A program made the position numbers and the translations under genes. The notes under the pieces were generated by a model that made no database searches, was not told where the DNA came from, and saw only the letters and a program-made list of their open reading frames with translations. Below are positions 61,508-64,000 of a stretch of DNA of 64,000 nucleotides, in pieces. The stretch's first letter is position 1. Each line of letters starts with the position of its first letter. Source of the stretch: Marsupella aquatica (taxonomy: Eukaryota; Plantae; Marchantiophyta); NCBI GenBank assembly GCA_973895155.1, contig OZ316899.1, positions 4,281,241 to 4,345,240 of the forward strand. Direction: 5' to 3'.

Positions 61508-63008
61508 TGCAAGTCATGGAACGCAACTACCTTAACACTTAGCTCCGGCGTTGCTGACTCCGACGCCGAGCTCCCTTATGGTCCAGGCCCCGATAGGCCA
61601 TCCCGAGAGGACTTAGCATGAGGAGACTTGTGGGCAATGAGATGTGGCACTATCGAAGGCAAGGAGCCAAGCTGGTGATACACACTAAGGATTTAGGCGA
61701 GCTGAGAGCTGGTCGGGTCAAGGGGAAAAGGGCCAGACTCAAGGTCAACCTTCCGGTCCCCCGGAACAACTTTGAGTTCTAAGGGCTTGAGTGTGAGCTC
61801 CTCTTGGGCCCAAGACCAATGGAGTTGACGCCATGGGCAACGGACGCTTGGGGCGTGAGTTATGGCCCGATCCGGGTTTAGCCAATTGGGGACCCCAAGT
61901 AGAGATGCAACTTGAGGGCCTAGGCATGAGCACTGGGTCGGCCCAATCACAACGGGCTAAGGCACTCCGCTTGCGGACGCCTAACCAGAAAGTTATGGGC
62001 GTTGCCAGTTGGTGGTGCGCCCACTATGCGCGATAGGATCCGGGTTGGAGGCCAAATGTTTAGGGACCAAAGTTGGTCCGGGGGTGGCAGGTCTCCATAA
62101 GCATATATGAGGGGAGTGGTGTCTCCCTAGGGGGCAAGGGCGAGCCGAAGTCGTGAGTCGCGGTGGTCGCGACACTAAAGGAAAACGCCAAACGGAAACG
62201 GCGATATCTTCCCAACGGGAAGTCCGTTGGAGGACTTCTTGGGTGCGTTGGAAATCTCTCAAGGAGGGCTACGACCTGATGATCTCATCTGGGTCAGGGG
62301 AATCATGGGTTCTTGAGGTTTGCGGGTGTTAGCTCATTCGCTTGCCAAATCCTGTCGAACAGCAGCCAAGCCGCGTTCAATCTCCCAAGGGAGCTTGTGT
62401 TGGGGAGGCAAGGCCAAGTAGGCGTGGAGGTTGAGTTCCAAGGGTACTTGGCCCCTAGACCATTAGTGGGGCAAACCGGGAGTTGGTTGCTAGAGTCGGG
62501 GCCATTCTGGTCCCGGCGTCTTGGGACAAGCTTGGGACCAGCTTTAGGACAAGCTATGCTATTTGGGCCATGAGCATGTCCTGGGGTCAGTGCGGTCAGT
62601 TGGTGATGGATAGGTACAAGGAGGAACCCGGGCCGCGCCCAAGGAAGGAGTTGTTTTGGATGAATAGTAAGCGTGGGTTCTGGTTCCTGCTTATGGCATA
62701 GGGAGGACCTATCGCTCACCTATTTACCAATGTCTATTGAGCTTGAGTTAGGATGCTAGACTTGGCGAGTTCTAGATCCTAAAGGGTTACTTACCGAGGT
62801 GCTTGGTTGCTTGTGCAGACAATGAGGACCGTTGAGTAGCGGTCGTGTAGGAGAGCAAGTGCGGCTTCGTATGGGAGGGGCCGCCGGTGGTGCAAGGGGC
62901 ACTAGGGTGCTTGCTCGAGGTATTCCGTGGAGGCGTTTGGGCACCAGGGGCACTTAGGCATGAGTGCTGGGATTGGTGAGGGCGCTGGGTGGCACGGTCC
63001 ACCACTTG
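61508..63008 (+). repeat. LTR (~1.5 kb) preceded by a PPT and followed by a second PBS (63009-63020)
   Basis: ...TTTTAAGGGGGGA|TGCAAG... at the start; TGGTATCAAAGC at the end. Confidence 0.85.
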
Positions 63009-63165
63009 TGGTATCAAAGCCATTGTTGGCATAGACACTGGGCCGGGGTTGTGCTAAGTTGGAATCCAAAAATTGTGTTCCCCATTTGGATTGTAACTTG
63101 TTGAGGCTTGGCAGGGGAGGGAATTGGTAGCAGAAAGGAGAGAACATAAAAAAACTCCTCATTAC

Positions 63166-64000
63166 AGCAGTCGCGGAACTCGACTACCTTAACACTTAGC
63201 TCCAGCGTTGCTAACTCCGACGCCAAGCTCCCTTATGGTCCAGGCCCGGATAGGCCATCCGGGGAGGACTTAGCATGGGGAGACTTGTGGGCAATGAGAC
63301 GTGGCACTGGTGAGGCAAGGGGCCAAGTTGGGGGCACACACTAAGGACTTGGACTAGCCTATGGCTGGTCAAGTCAAGGGGAAATGGGCCGGGCTCAAGG
63401 ATGGCCGTCCGGACCTTCGGATGGACTTTGAGTTTTGAGGGCTTGGGAGTGAGCTCATCTTGGGCCCAAGGCCAATGGAGTTGATGCCATTGGCAACGGA
63501 CGCTTGGGGCGTGAGTTATGGCCCGATCCAGGTTTAGCCAATCGGGGACCCCAAGTAGAGATGAGACCTGAGGGCCTAGGCATGAGCATTGGGTTGGTCC
63601 AATCACAACGAGCTAAGGCACTCCGCTTGCGGACGCCTAACCATAAAGTTATGGGCGTTGTCAGTTGGTGGTGCACCCACTATGCGCGATAGGATCCGGG
63701 TTGGAGGCCAAATGTTTAGGGACCAAAGTTAGTCCGGGGGTGGCAGGTCTCCATAAGCATATATGAGGGGAGTGTTGTCTCCCTGGGGGGCAAGGGCGAG
63801 CCGAAGTCGTGAGTCGCGGCGGTCGGGACACTAAAGGAAAACGCCAAACGGAAACGGCGATATCTTCCCAATGGGAAGTTCGTTGGAGGACTTCTTGGAT
63901 GCGTTGGAAATCTCTCAAGGAGGGCTATGTCCTGATGATCTCATTTGGGTCAGGGGGTGCCATGGGTTCTTGAGGTTTGCGGGTGTTACCTCGCTCGCTT
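63166..64000 (+). repeat. Further LTR copy of the same chromovirus-type family (runs off the window)
   Basis: Direct repeat of 61508 onward (ACTACCTTAACACTTAGCTCC...); start uncertain by a few bases. Confidence 0.85.

Larger units (their letters stand above)
58331..63008 (+). mobile_element. Chromovirus-type Ty3/gypsy: 5' LTR remnant, gag, PR, half RT, large internal deletion, 3' LTR
   Basis: PBS TGGTATCAGAGC at 58422-58433; gag 58563; DTG protease; RT LRLCAYYRALNK and FSKVDLRSGYYQI; PPT AAGGGGGGA; LTR from 61508. No chromodomain is left, so the lineage is inferred from RT and PBS. Confidence 0.82.

Overview
Eukaryotic plant DNA, probably from a non-seed land plant (inference from the retrotransposon lineages), made almost entirely of nested LTR retrotransposons. 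The only host-gene sequence I can support is two intact minus-strand exons (18711-19142) of a DDM1/LSH-like SNF2 remodeler. Elements: (1) a chromovirus-type Ty3/gypsy family at both window ends; (2) a Bianca-type Ty1/copia (2959-10809) with a 2,024-bp tandem duplication of its 5' end; (3) a Mutator-like foldback MITE; (4) a 32.3-kb nested block (20153-52486, TSD ACCAG) built on an Athila-like Ty3/gypsy, holding three solo-LTR-type insertions and a fungal-type (Ylt1/Selgy/Phygy-like) gypsy with a 4-bp TSD. The main observation is that two LTR families with dissimilar non-coding sequence (A about 4.0 kb, B about 4.7 kb) each carry one long reading frame inside the LTR (about 870 and 1150-1240 codons, now broken mostly by in-frame stops). 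The A and B proteins align in three separate blocks, with the same order: unrecognised N-terminal domain, basic NLS-like linker, Athila-extra-ORF-like domain, coiled coil. Family A is shown to be an LTR because it flanks a gag-pol with PBS, PPT and TSD. Solo LTRs of these families are therefore potential stand-alone expression cassettes. All alignments were done by eye; no database searches were run.
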